This document shows positions 1 to 10,694 of a DNA stretch of 64,000 nucleotides, in pieces. Source of the stretch: Centroscyllium fabricii. Its lineage: Eukaryota. The stretch's first letter is position 1, and the number at the start of each line of letters is the position of its first letter. Where the stretch lies: NCBI GenBank assembly GCA_051313645.2, contig JBNRSN020000003.1, forward strand, positions 359,042,001 through 359,106,000, given 5' to 3'. The notes beneath the pieces were generated by a model that was given only the letters and a program-made list of their open reading frames with translations, was not told the origin of the DNA and made no database searches. The position numbers and the translations under genes are program-made.

Positions 1-1078
1 GCTGGTGCTGATCTGCAGGCCTTTGCATAGTGTCCCTTCTTGGAGCACCTCTCACAGGTCGCGGTCTTCGCTGGGCATCTCGCCAGTGGATGCAGTCCCT
101 GGCCGCAGAAGTAGCACCGTCTGTCCGCCTGCGTCTTTGCGGCTGTCGCTGCCATCGTGGGGGTCTCGGCCCGTTGTGGTGCTGCCCAGGCCTGGGCCCG
201 TTGTGGCACGGCCCACGCATCGTAGACCTGCGGGTTTGTGCCGCTGTACGCCTGCAGCTTGTTGCATGCCCCTTCCACCGAGTTCGAGATGGCGATCGCC
301 TCCTCTAGGGTTAAAGAGTCTTTCTCTACCAGCCGCTGGCGGGCCTCAACGCACCTTAGGCCTGTTACGTAGGCATCACGGACGAGGAGATACGCCTCCT
401 CCTCTGCTGTCCGTGGTTGGCAGCCACAGACCTGTACCAGGGCCTGGAGTGCCTGCTCGAATTGTTCATTCGACTCACCCGGTAGTTGTGGTCTGGTCGC
501 GAGCACATGTCTGGCGTAGACCGAGTGGACCGGGCGCTCGTAACATTTTCGCAGTTTCTCCACTGCCACTGGGTAGGTTTTGGCATCCCGGATGAGGGAG
601 AACACTCGGCTGGAGATCCTAGACCGGAGAACCTGTAGCTTGTTCCCGTCGGTTGTAGCCTTGGCGGCATCCATGCAGGCCTCCAGGAGACCGAACCAGT
701 GTTCGTAGGTAGTGGCGGCGGCTGGGTCCTGTGGACTGATGTCCAGCTTCTCCGGTTTTACCGCACCGCTCTCCATTTCAAATTTTTAAGTCACTAAAAT
801 TGACGTATCGTCAATTTACTCAATAAAGTCAAAGACGAGTAGTGACCTTAACTACAGGCTTTTATTGACTTACTTTGGAGCTACACTCCGAATGAACAAA
901 CAGGAACAGAATGAGTGAGCCCGGTCAGTCCTCACCTATAAAGGGCCTCACCTGGGGGAGGAGTTAGAGGTGTGGCTGACCTGGCTCCACGACAGTGTCG
1001 CAACATGTTTAACGAAACACATGGCAATATTGGCACCAATATTGTAGTGGTAAACTATAGACAATTATGGTTACCACA
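1..1078 (-). mobile_element. Gypsy/Ty3 LTR retrotransposon, 5' part (LTR 801-1078 plus gag), runs off the window edge
   Basis: On the minus strand the LTR reads TGTGGTAA...CGTCA and contains AATAAA. It is followed by an open gag frame with two CCHC knuckles. Same LTR start and similar gag N-terminus as the element at 53698. Confidence 0.85.
3..776 (-). CDS. gag: Gag protein (partial, still open at the window edge; absent from the ORF track)
   Basis: Manual translation MESGAVKPEKLDISPQDPAAATTYEHWF...YARHVLATRPQLPGES...CYFCGQGLHPLARCPAKTATCERCSKKGHYAKAC with no stop seen. Confidence 0.85.
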   Translation of the reverse strand, partial: MESGAVKPEKLDISPQDPAAATTYEHWFGLLEACMDAAKATTDGNKLQVLRSRISSRVFSLIRDAKTYPVAVEKLRKCYERPVHSVYARHVLATRPQLPGESNEQFEQALQALVQVCGCQPRTAEEEAYLLVRDAYVTGLRCVEARQRLVEKDSLTLEEAIAISNSVEGACNKLQAYSGTNPQVYDAWAVPQRAQAWAAPQRAETPTMAATAAKTQADRRCYFCGQGLHPLARCPAKTATCERCSKKGHYAKACRSAP

Positions 1079-1170
1079 CACACTCCCCCCAATCACACAC
1101 TCCCTCGCCCAGTCACACACTCCCCCGCCCAGTCACACACTCCCCCCGCAGTCACACACTCCCCCCAATC

Positions 1171-2298
1171 AATTAAATTCAATTTCAATTCAATTCAATT
1201 TGCTTTATTGGCATGACAAGATACATCCTATGTTGCCAAAGCACAGAAAAAGAACATATACAGTTGGACATACAAATGCATAACCAGACGTATTGAATGA
1301 ATAACTATGCATACACATACACATAAAAACCCGCATATAGATCTAAAAAGAACATATACAATTGGACATGCAAATGCATAACCAGACGTATTGAATGAAT
1401 AGCTACGCAAACACATACATATATACCCGCATTTAGAGCTTGTATGCTCTTCCTAGCTTCAATGGTCACTGGTTGTCCCTCTGCTTATGGCAAGCTGTGA
1501 CGTAGTTTGCCGCTAATTTTATACAGTCCCTCTGTTCCCCCAATAGATATGGGAGTTTTTTGTGGTCGTTCAAATTTTTTAATTCAGGGCATTTTGTTGC
1601 AAATTTTGGGAAGAAATTTCCCCTTATTCCCTGATAGTTTTCGCAAGTTGTGAGGAAGTGCAGCTCTGTCTCCACCACTCCCTGACTGCAGTGGGAGCAC
1701 AGCCTTTCCTCTCTGGGCAGCCAAGTCTTTCTGTGTCTGCCTTTTTCGATGGCTAGGCTGTGCTCGCCAAGTCTGTACATTGTCAGGGTTTTTCTCAGTT
1801 TGCTATCTTTCACCATGGACAGGTAATCAGCCATGGTGTACTGTCTGTTTAGGGCCAAATAACAATCTAGTTTGTTTTGGGTTTTTGTCATTTCTGTCCA
1901 GTAGTTCAAGTATTTTTCTTTTTGTTCAGTAATAATTGTGTTGGGTCGGATTCTGAGTGCTGGGACGTCACTGTCCTGGGGCTGGTTGTTACCAGTAGTG
2001 TTAGTAGTTACTCCGCTGAGTTGGTTGTTAACAGTAGTGTTAGTACTTACTTCGCTAAGTCCCAGGACTAGTTGGCTGAGGGGACTTCTCTTTATGTTCG
2101 CTTCTTGGTATTTCAGGGCTTTGTAGTGATAGCTGTGGGGGTTGCTCAGTTTTAGATGTTTCCAGAATTTGATTGCTCTTTTTTGGATATTAATTTGTAG
2201 TGGGTATTGGCCTAACTCTGCCCTGCATGCATTGTTTGTGGTTTTCCTCTGAGTCCGGAGGATACTCTTACAGAACTCAGTATGTAGGGTCTCAATTG
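1171..2298 (-). mobile_element. 5'-truncated LINE, RTE-X-like (ORF C-terminus, 3' UTR, (TTGAA)n tail)
   Basis: ORF 1466-2298 has CRAELGQYPL and HSLAIEKGRH...RLCSHC...ETELHFLTTC zinc-finger end. AATAAA plus TTGAA-type tail at 1171-1210. About 98-bp duplication in the 3' UTR. Confidence 0.8.
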
Positions 2299-3176
2299 CA
2301 CTCCCCCCCCCAGTCACACACTCCCCCCAATCACACACTCCCGGCCCCCAGTCACACACTCCCCCAATCACACTCCTCCCCCCAATCACACACTCCCCCT
2401 CCCAGTCACACACTCCCCCCAGTCACACACTCCCCCCCCAGTCACGACACACCCCTCCGTCACACACTCCGCCACCGTCACACCCCTCCGTGTCACTAAC
2501 TCCCCCGCAGTCACAGCCCCCAGTAACGACACCCCCCTCCGTCACACATTCCGCCACCGTCACACCCCTCCCAGTCACACACTCCCCCACAGTTACACAC
2601 TCCCCCGTCACCCACTCAACCCCAGTCACACACTCTCCCCCAGTCACACACTCTCCCCCAGTCACACACTCACCCACCCCAGTCACAGACTCCCTCCCAG
2701 TCACACACTACCCCCCAGTCATTCTCCCCCAGTCACAGACTCCCTCCCAGTCACACACTACCCCCCAGTCATTCTCCCGCAGTCACTCTCGCCCCCCCAG
2801 ACAGTCTCGCCCCCAGTCACACTCTCCCCCCCCCCAGTCACTCTCCCCCCCCCCAGTCACTCTCCCCCCCCCCAGTCACTCTCCCCCCAGTCACTCTCTC
2901 CCCTCCAGGTCACTCACCCCCCCGTCACTCTCCCCAATCACCCCCCCCCCAATCACTCGCCCCCAGTCACTCCCTCCCATTCCCCCCAGTCACTCCCTCC
3001 CATTCCCCTCGTCACTTGCCCCCAGTCAACCCCCAGTCACTCCCCAAATCACTCAATTTAATTTCATTCTCTCCCCCTTCCAGTCACGCTCTCCAACCCT
3101 CAGTAACTCTCTCCCCCCAGTCACTCTCTCGTCACTCTCCCCCCCGTCACTCTCCCCCGTCACTCTCCACCACCCA

Positions 3177-5951
3177 CAATTCAATTCAATTCAATTCAAG
3201 TTTTATTGTCATTGCAGAGTACTAGTACAATACAACGAGACGAAGACTCGACTCTCCCGAGAGTAGTGTAGACAAAAGAAATAAATTACATAAATAAGTT
3301 GCATGCAGTAAAGTTCATTATCAGGCGTGCAGGTACCGGAGTTTCTTTTTAGAGTTCAGGAGGCTGACAGCCCTGGGGAAGAAGCTGTTCTGAAATCTAG
3401 TCGTGCGGGTGCAAATTGCTCTGTAGCGTCTCCCGGAGGGCAGAGGGGCGAACAGACTGTGGCTGGGGTGTGTGGGGTCTTTTATAATGTTCATAGACCT
3501 CCGTAAGCAGCGTTTGAGGTAGATGCTTTCCACTGACGGTAGCTGTGTACCGGTAATTCGTTGGGCAGTTTTGACTACCCGCTGCAGGGTTTTCTGGTCC
3601 GAGATAGTGCAATTACCATACCAGACAGTGATGCAGCTTGTCAGTATGCTTTCTATTGTGCAGCGGTAGAAGTTGGAGAGGATGCCGGATGACAGCCTGG
3701 CTTTCTTCAGCTTCCTAAGGAAGTACAGGCGCTGTTGGGCCTTCTTAACCAGAGAGGAGGTGTTTAGTGACCAGGAGAGATCTTCCGAGATGTGGACCCC
3801 GAGGAACTTGAAGCTGGACACCCTTTCCACCTCAGCCCCTTGGATGAAGATGGGTGTGTGTCTTCTGCTTCCAGTCCTCCGGAAGTCCACTATGATCTCC
3901 TTTGTTTTCTTGGTGTTCAGTGCCAGGTTGTTGTCGGCACACCAACCCACAAGGTGCTGGATCTCATCCCTGTAGGCTGACTCGTCGTTGTTGGTGATCT
4001 GGCCAACCACCGTGGTGTCATCCGCGAACTTGATGATCGTGTTGGAGTCATGGACAGCCGCACAGTCGTGAGTGAAGAGGGAGTAGAGGAGGGGGCTGAG
4101 CACACAACCTTGTGGGGCCCCCGTGTTCAGGGTAAGGGGGGGGGAGGTGAGGTTGCCTAACTTCACAGACTGTGGTCTGTTGGTTAGGAAGTCCAGGGTC
4201 CAGTTGCAGAGGGAGGTGTTCAGGCCGAGGGTGAGGAGTTTGGTAGACAATTTGCTGGGGACGATGGTGTTGAATGCTGAGCTGTAGTCAATAAACAGCA
4301 TTCTGATATATGTATCTTTGCTATCCAGGTGGTTTAGTGCAGAGTGAAGAGCCGTAGTGATAGCATCCTCTGTAGATCTGTTCCCCCGGTAGGCGAACTG
4401 GTATTGGTCCAGGGTGGCGGGGATGCTGGCTTTGATGTGGGCCAGGACTAGCCGCTCGAAACACTTCATGACAATGGGTGTAAGTGCAACAGGGCGGTAG
4501 TCGTTCAGGCACGTCACGGCCGTTTTCTTGGGCACAGGGATGATGGTGGCAGTTTTGAAGCAGGTAGGGACAGCTGCCTTCGCCAGTGACAGGTTGAAGA
4601 TGTCAGTGAAGACTTCAGCCAGTTGGTCGGCACATTCTTTGAGTGCCCGGCCGGGGATGCCATCAGGACCCGCGGCCTTCCGTGCGTTCACTCTACGTAG
4701 AGCACCTCTAACGTCGGAACAGGACAGTGTTAATGGCTGGTCTTCCGGGGATTGCAGGACTTTGGTGGCTGGCTCCTTGTTGTCCCTGTCGAAGCGAGCG
4801 TAGAAGTTGTTGAGTTCCTCCGGTAGGGAGGCATCGCTGGTCGGGGTGCTGGTGTTTCTACACTTGTAGTCCGTGATGGACTATATGCCTTGCCACATAC
4901 GTCGAGGGTCCGAGTTGTTGTGAAAGTGTTCCTCTATCTTCAGAGTGTGATTTCGTTTGGCAGACCTGATACCCCTCTTTAGGTTGGCCCTGGCTGTGCT
5001 GTAAGCCGCCACATCCCCAGATTTCAAAGCTGTGTCACGCGCCTTCAGCAGCGAGCGGACCTCCCCGTTCATCCAGGGTTTCTGGTTGGGGAATGTCTTG
5101 ATTTTTTTTGGGTAGTGACCACCTCGACACAGCTGTTGATGTAAAAAAGCACTGTGGATGCGTATTCCTCGATGTCCGTGTGAGCGAACATGCTCCATTC
5201 AGTGCGTTCAAAGCAGTCTTGTAGCTCCGAGACTGCCCCTTCTGGCCATACCCTGACTGTTTTGGTTGAAGCTTTCACCCTTTTGATGAGTGGTTTGTAT
5301 GCTGGGGCGAGGAACAGTGAAAGGTGGTCGGAATTCCCGAGGTGGGGGCACGGGATGGCTTTGTAAGCCTCTGCAATGTTGGTGTAGACCTGGTCCAGCG
5401 TGTTCTCTCCCCTCGTGGGGCAGGAGACATTCTTGTAAAATTTTGGTAGCACCGATTTGAGGTTAGCGTGGTTGAAGTCCCCCGCCACGATAAAGGCTCC
5501 CTCCGGATGCGTGGTCTGCTGCTCGCTGATGGCCCGGTGGAGATGTTTGAGTGCCAGTTTGGCATTTGCGTGTGGAGGGATGTAGACCGCAGTGAAGATG
5601 ACGGCCGTAAATTCCCGAGGCAGGTAGAAGGGTCTGCACTTTACAGTGAGGAATTCCAGATCGGCGGAACAGGAACTTTCGATCAGTTCCGCGTTCGTGC
5701 CCCAGGCGTTGTTCGTGTAGATGCACAGGCCGCCTCCCTTGCTCTTACCGGAGTCGGCGGTTCTGTCGGCGCGGAAGACCGTGTGACCCGCCAGCTGGAT
5801 GGCGGAGTCAGGAATGCGGTCGTTCAGCCAGGTCTCCGTGAAGATCATGGCGCAGCATTCCTTGATCCTGGTCTGTGTGGAGAGGCCAAGTTTAATTTCT
5901 TCAATTTTACTCCCCAGGGACCTGACATTGGCCAGGTAGATGCTGGGCAGA
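3177..5951 (-). mobile_element. Rex1/Babar LINE, nearly full APE+RT ORF with one frameshift (about 5105) and one stop (4881)
   Basis: APE motifs LANVRSL, FTETWL, GDFNH, SDH. RT motifs [43 protein letters not shown]. (TTGAA)n tail. Confidence 0.92.
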
Positions 5952-8900
5952 GAGCGTGACTGGGTGGCATTCTCCCACCCAGTCACGCTCCCCCCCAGTC
6001 AATCTCCCCCCTCCAGTCACTCTTCCCCTGTCACACTTCCCCCCTGTCACTCCCACCACAGGTCACTCCCCCCCAGTCACTCCCCCAGAAGTCACTCCCC
6101 CCAAGTCACTCCTCCTCCCCCTCCCCCCAGTCACTCCTCCTCCCCCTCCCCCGTCACTCCTCCTCCACCCCCCGTCACTCCTCCTCCCCCCACCCAGTCA
6201 CTCCCCCGTCCCTCCCACCCAGTCACTCCTCCTCCTCCCCCTCCCCCCCAGTCACTCCTCCTCCCCGTCCCACTCACTCCTCCCCTCCCCCCCCACTCAC
6301 TCCCCCTCCCCCCCACTCACTCCTCCTCCCCCTCCCCCCACTCACTCCTCCTCCCCCTCCCCCCACTCACTCCTCCTCCCCCTCCCACTCACTCCTCCTC
6401 CCCCTCCCACTCACTCCTCCTCCCCCTCCCCCCCACTCACTCCCCCTCCCCCCACTCACTCCTCCCCCCCCAAGTCACTCCTCCTCCCCCCCCAGTCACT
6501 CTTCCTCCCCCCCAGTCACTCCTCCTCTCCCCCCGTCACTCCTCCTCCCCCCCCAGTCACTCCTCCTCCCCCCACCCCAGTCACTCCTCCTCCCCCCACC
6601 CCAGTCACTCCTCCTCCCCCCCCAGTCACTCCTCCTCCCCCCCCAGTCACTCCCCCTCCCTCCCCCCCAGGTCACTCCCCTTCCACCCCCAAGTCACTCC
6701 CCCCCCACAAGTCACTCCCCCTCCCCCAAGTCACCCCCCCCAAGTCACTCCCCCCCACAAATCACTCCCCCGCCCCCAAGTCACTCCCCCCCCAAGTCAC
6801 TCCCCCCCATTCCCAAGTCACTCCCCCCGTTCCCAAGTCACTCCCCCCCTCCAGGTCACTCCTCCCCCCCCCCAAGTCACTCCCCCCCAAGTCACTCCCC
6901 CCACAAGTCACCCCGCCCCCCCAAGTCACTCCCCCCCCAAGTCACTCCCCCCAAAAGTCACTCCCCCCCCAAGTCACTCCCACCCCCCAAGTCACTCACC
7001 CCCCCCCCCAAGTCACTCCCCCCCGCCCAAGTCACTCCCCCCCCAAGTCACACTCCCCCCCCTAGGTCACCCCCCCCAAGTCACCACCCCCCCCCCAAGT
7101 CACTCCCCCCCCCCCAAGTCACTCCCCCCCCCCAAGTCACTCCCCCCCCCCAAGTCACTCGCCCCCCCCCCAAGTCACTCAACCCCCCCCCAGGTCACTA
7201 CCCCCCCAAGTCACTCCCACCCCCCCCCCAAGTCACTCCCCCCCCAAGTCACTCCCACCCCCCCCCCCAAGTCACTCTCACCCCACCCCCCAAGTCACTC
7301 CCACCCCCCCCAGGGTCACTCCCCCCCCATAGTCACTCCCACCAACCCCCCCAAAGTCACTCGCACCCCCCCCAAGTCACTCCCACCCCCCCAAGTCACT
7401 CACCCCCCCCAAGTCACTCACCCCCCCCAAGTCACTCACCCTCAAGTCACTCCCCCCCCAAGTCGTCACTCACCCCCCCAAGTCACACTCCCCCCCAAAG
7501 TCACTCCCCCCCAAGTCACTCCCCCCCAAAAGTCACTCCCCCCCCAAGTCACTCCCACCCCCCAAGTCACTCACCCCCACCCTCAAGTCACTCCCCCCCG
7601 CCCAAGTCACTCCCCCCAAGTCACACTCCCCCCCAAGTCACCCCCCCCAAGTCACCACCCCCCCAAGTCGCCACCACCCCCCAAGTCACTCCCCCCCCAA
7701 GTCACTCCCCCCCGCCAAGTCACTCGCCCCCCCCAAGTCACTCAAACCCCCCCCAGTCACTCCCCCCCAAGTCACACTCCCCCCCCAAAGTCACTCACCC
7801 CGCCCCCCCAAGTCACTCCCCCCCCAAGTCACTCCCCCCCAAAAGTCACTCCCCCCCCAAGTCACTCCCACCCCCCAAGTCACTCACCCCCCCCAAGTCA
7901 CTCCCCCCGCCCAAGTCACTCCCCCCCCCAAGTCACACTCCCCCCCACAAGTCACCCCCCCCCAATTCACCACCCCCCCCCCCCCAAGTCACTCGCCCCC
8001 CCCCAAGTCACTCAAACCCCCCCCAGGTCACTACCCCCCCCCCCCAAGTCACTCCCACCCCTCCCAGGGTCACTCCCCCCCCATAGTCACTCCCACCACC
8101 CCCCCCAAAGTCACTCCCACCCCCCCCAAAGTCACTCCCACCCCCCCCAAGTCACTCACCCCCCCCAAGTCACGCACCCCCCCAAGTCACTCCCCCCCAA
8201 GTCACTCCCCCCCCAAGTCGTCACTCACCCCCCACCAAGTCACTCCCCCCCCCAAGTCACTCCCCCCCAAGTCACACTCCCCCCCAAGTCACACTCCCCC
8301 CCCCAAAGTCACTCACCCCGCCCCCCCAAGTCACTCCCCCCCACAAGTCACTCCCCCCAAAAGTCACTCACCCCCAAGTCACTCCCCCCCAAGTCACTCA
8401 CCCCCCCCCAGTCACTCCCCCCCGCCCAAGTCACTCCCCCCCCAAGTCACACTCCCCCCCAAGTCACCCCCCCAAGTCACACTCCCCCCCCAAGTCACAC
8501 TCCCCCCGCCAAGTCACACTCCCCCCCCCACAAGTCACACTCCCCCCTCCCCAAGTCACACTCCCCACCCCCAAGTCACACTCCCCCCCCAAAGTCACCC
8601 CCCCCAAGTCACTCCCCCCCAAGTCACTCCCCCCCCACAAGTCACTCCCACCCCCCAAGTCACTCCCCCCCAAGTCACTCCCCCCAAGTCACTCCCCCCC
8701 AAGTCACTCCCCCCCCAAGTCACTCCCACCCCAAGTCACTCCCCCCGCCCCCAAGTCACTCCCCCCCCAAGTCACTCCCCCCATGCCCCCAAGTCACTCC
8801 CCCCCCCCGCAAGTCACTCCCCCCCCAAAGTCACTCCCCCCACCAAAATCACTCCTCGCCTTCCAAGTCACTCCCCCCCTCCCCAGGTCACTCCCCCCCC

Positions 8901-10694
8901 AAGTCACTCCCCCCCCAAGTCACTCCCCCCCCAAGTCACTCCCCCCCCAAGTCACTCCCCCCCAAGTCACTCCCCCCCGCCCCCAAGTCACCCCCCTAAG
9001 TCACTCCCCCCCAGTCACTCCCCCCACCAAGTCACTCCCCCCACGCCCCGAAGTCACTCCCCCCCCAAGTCACTCCCCCCAAGTCACTCCCCCCCCAAGT
9101 CACTCCCCCCTCACAAGTCACTCCCCCCCCAAATCACTCCTCCCCCCCAAGTCACTCCCCCCCCCCAGGCACTCCCCCCCCCTCCCCAAGTCACTTCCCC
9201 CCCCCCCCAAGTCACTCCCCCCCCCCAAGTCACTCCCCCCCCCACCAGGTCACTCCACGCCCCCAAGTCACTCCCTCCCCCCCAAGTCACTCCCCCCCGC
9301 CCCAAGTCACTCCCCCCCAAGTCACTCACCCCCCAAAGTCACTCCCACCCCCCCCAAGTCACTCACCCCCCCCAAGTCACTCATCCCCCAAGTCACTCCC
9401 CCCCAAGTCACTCCCCCCCAAGTCGTCACTCACCCCCCGCCAAGTCACTCCCCCCCCCAAGTCACTCCCCCCCAAGTCACTCTCCCCCCCAAGTCACACT
9501 CCCCCCCCAAAGTCACTCACCCCATCCCCCCAAGTCACTCCCCCCCCAAGTCACTCCCCCCCAAAAGTCACTCCCCCCCAAGTCACTCCCCCCCAAGTCA
9601 CTCACCCCCCCCCAAGTCACTCCCCCCCGCCCAAGTCACTCCCCCAAGTCACACTCCCCCCCCCAAGTCACCCCCCCCAAGTCACACTCCCCCCCAAGTC
9701 ACACTCCCCCCCAAGTCACACTCCCCCCCCCACAAGTCACACTCCCCCCATCCCAAGTCACACTCCCCACCCCCAAGTCACACTCCCCCCCCAAAGTCAC
9801 ACCCCCCCAAGTCGCTCCCCCCCAAGTCACTCCCCCCCAAGTCACTCCCCCCCCACAAGTCACTCCCACCCCCCAAGTCACTCCCCCCCCAAGTCACTCC
9901 CCCCCAAGTCACTCCCCCCCAAGTCACTCCCCCCCAAGTCACTCCCCCCCCAAGTCACTCCCACAAGTCACTCCCCCCCAAGTCACTCCCCCCGCCCCCA
10001 AGTCACCCCCCCCAAGTCACTCCCCCCCCAAGTCACTCCCCCCACGCCCCCAAGTCACTCCCCCCCCCCAAGTCACTCCCCCCCCAAAGTCACTCCCCCC
10101 ACCAAAATCACTCCTCGCCCCCCAAGTCACTCCCCCCCTCCCCAGGTCACTCCCCCCCCCCCAAGTCACTCCCCCCCACAAGTCACTCCCCCCCCAAGTC
10201 ACTCCCCCCAAGTCACTCCCCCCCGCCCCCAAGTCACCCCCCCAAGTCACTCCCCCCCCAGTCACTCCCCCCACCAAGTCACTCCCCCCACACCCCGAAG
10301 TCACTCCCCCCCCCCAAGTCACTCCCCCCCAAGTCACTCCCCCCCAAGTCACTCCCCCTCACAAGTCACTCCCCCCCCAAATCACTCCTCCCCCCCCCAA
10401 GTCACTCCCCCCCCCAAGGCACTCCCCCCCCTCCCCAAGTCACTCCCCCCCCCCAAGTCACTCCCCCCCCAAGTCACTCCCCCCCCCACCAGGTCACTCC
10501 ACGCCCCCAAGTCACTCCCTCCCCCCCAAGTCACTCCCCCCCGCCCCAAGTCACCCCCCCCAAGTCACTCCCCCCCCAAGTCACTCCCCCCCAAGTCATT
10601 CCCCCCCACCCCCAAGTCACTCCCCCCCCAAGTCACTCCCCCCCCAAGTCACTCACCCCCCCCCCCAAGTCACTCCCCCACCCCCCCAAGTCAC

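Noticed and set aside
5-595. 196-aa plus-strand ORF
   Set aside because: Antisense shadow of the GC-rich gag frame.
2299-2413. Gly/Cys-rich N-termini on the LINE ORFs (also 14279-14341 and 5952-5986)
   Set aside because: Read-through from satellite or filler into 5'-truncated elements; not real start codons.
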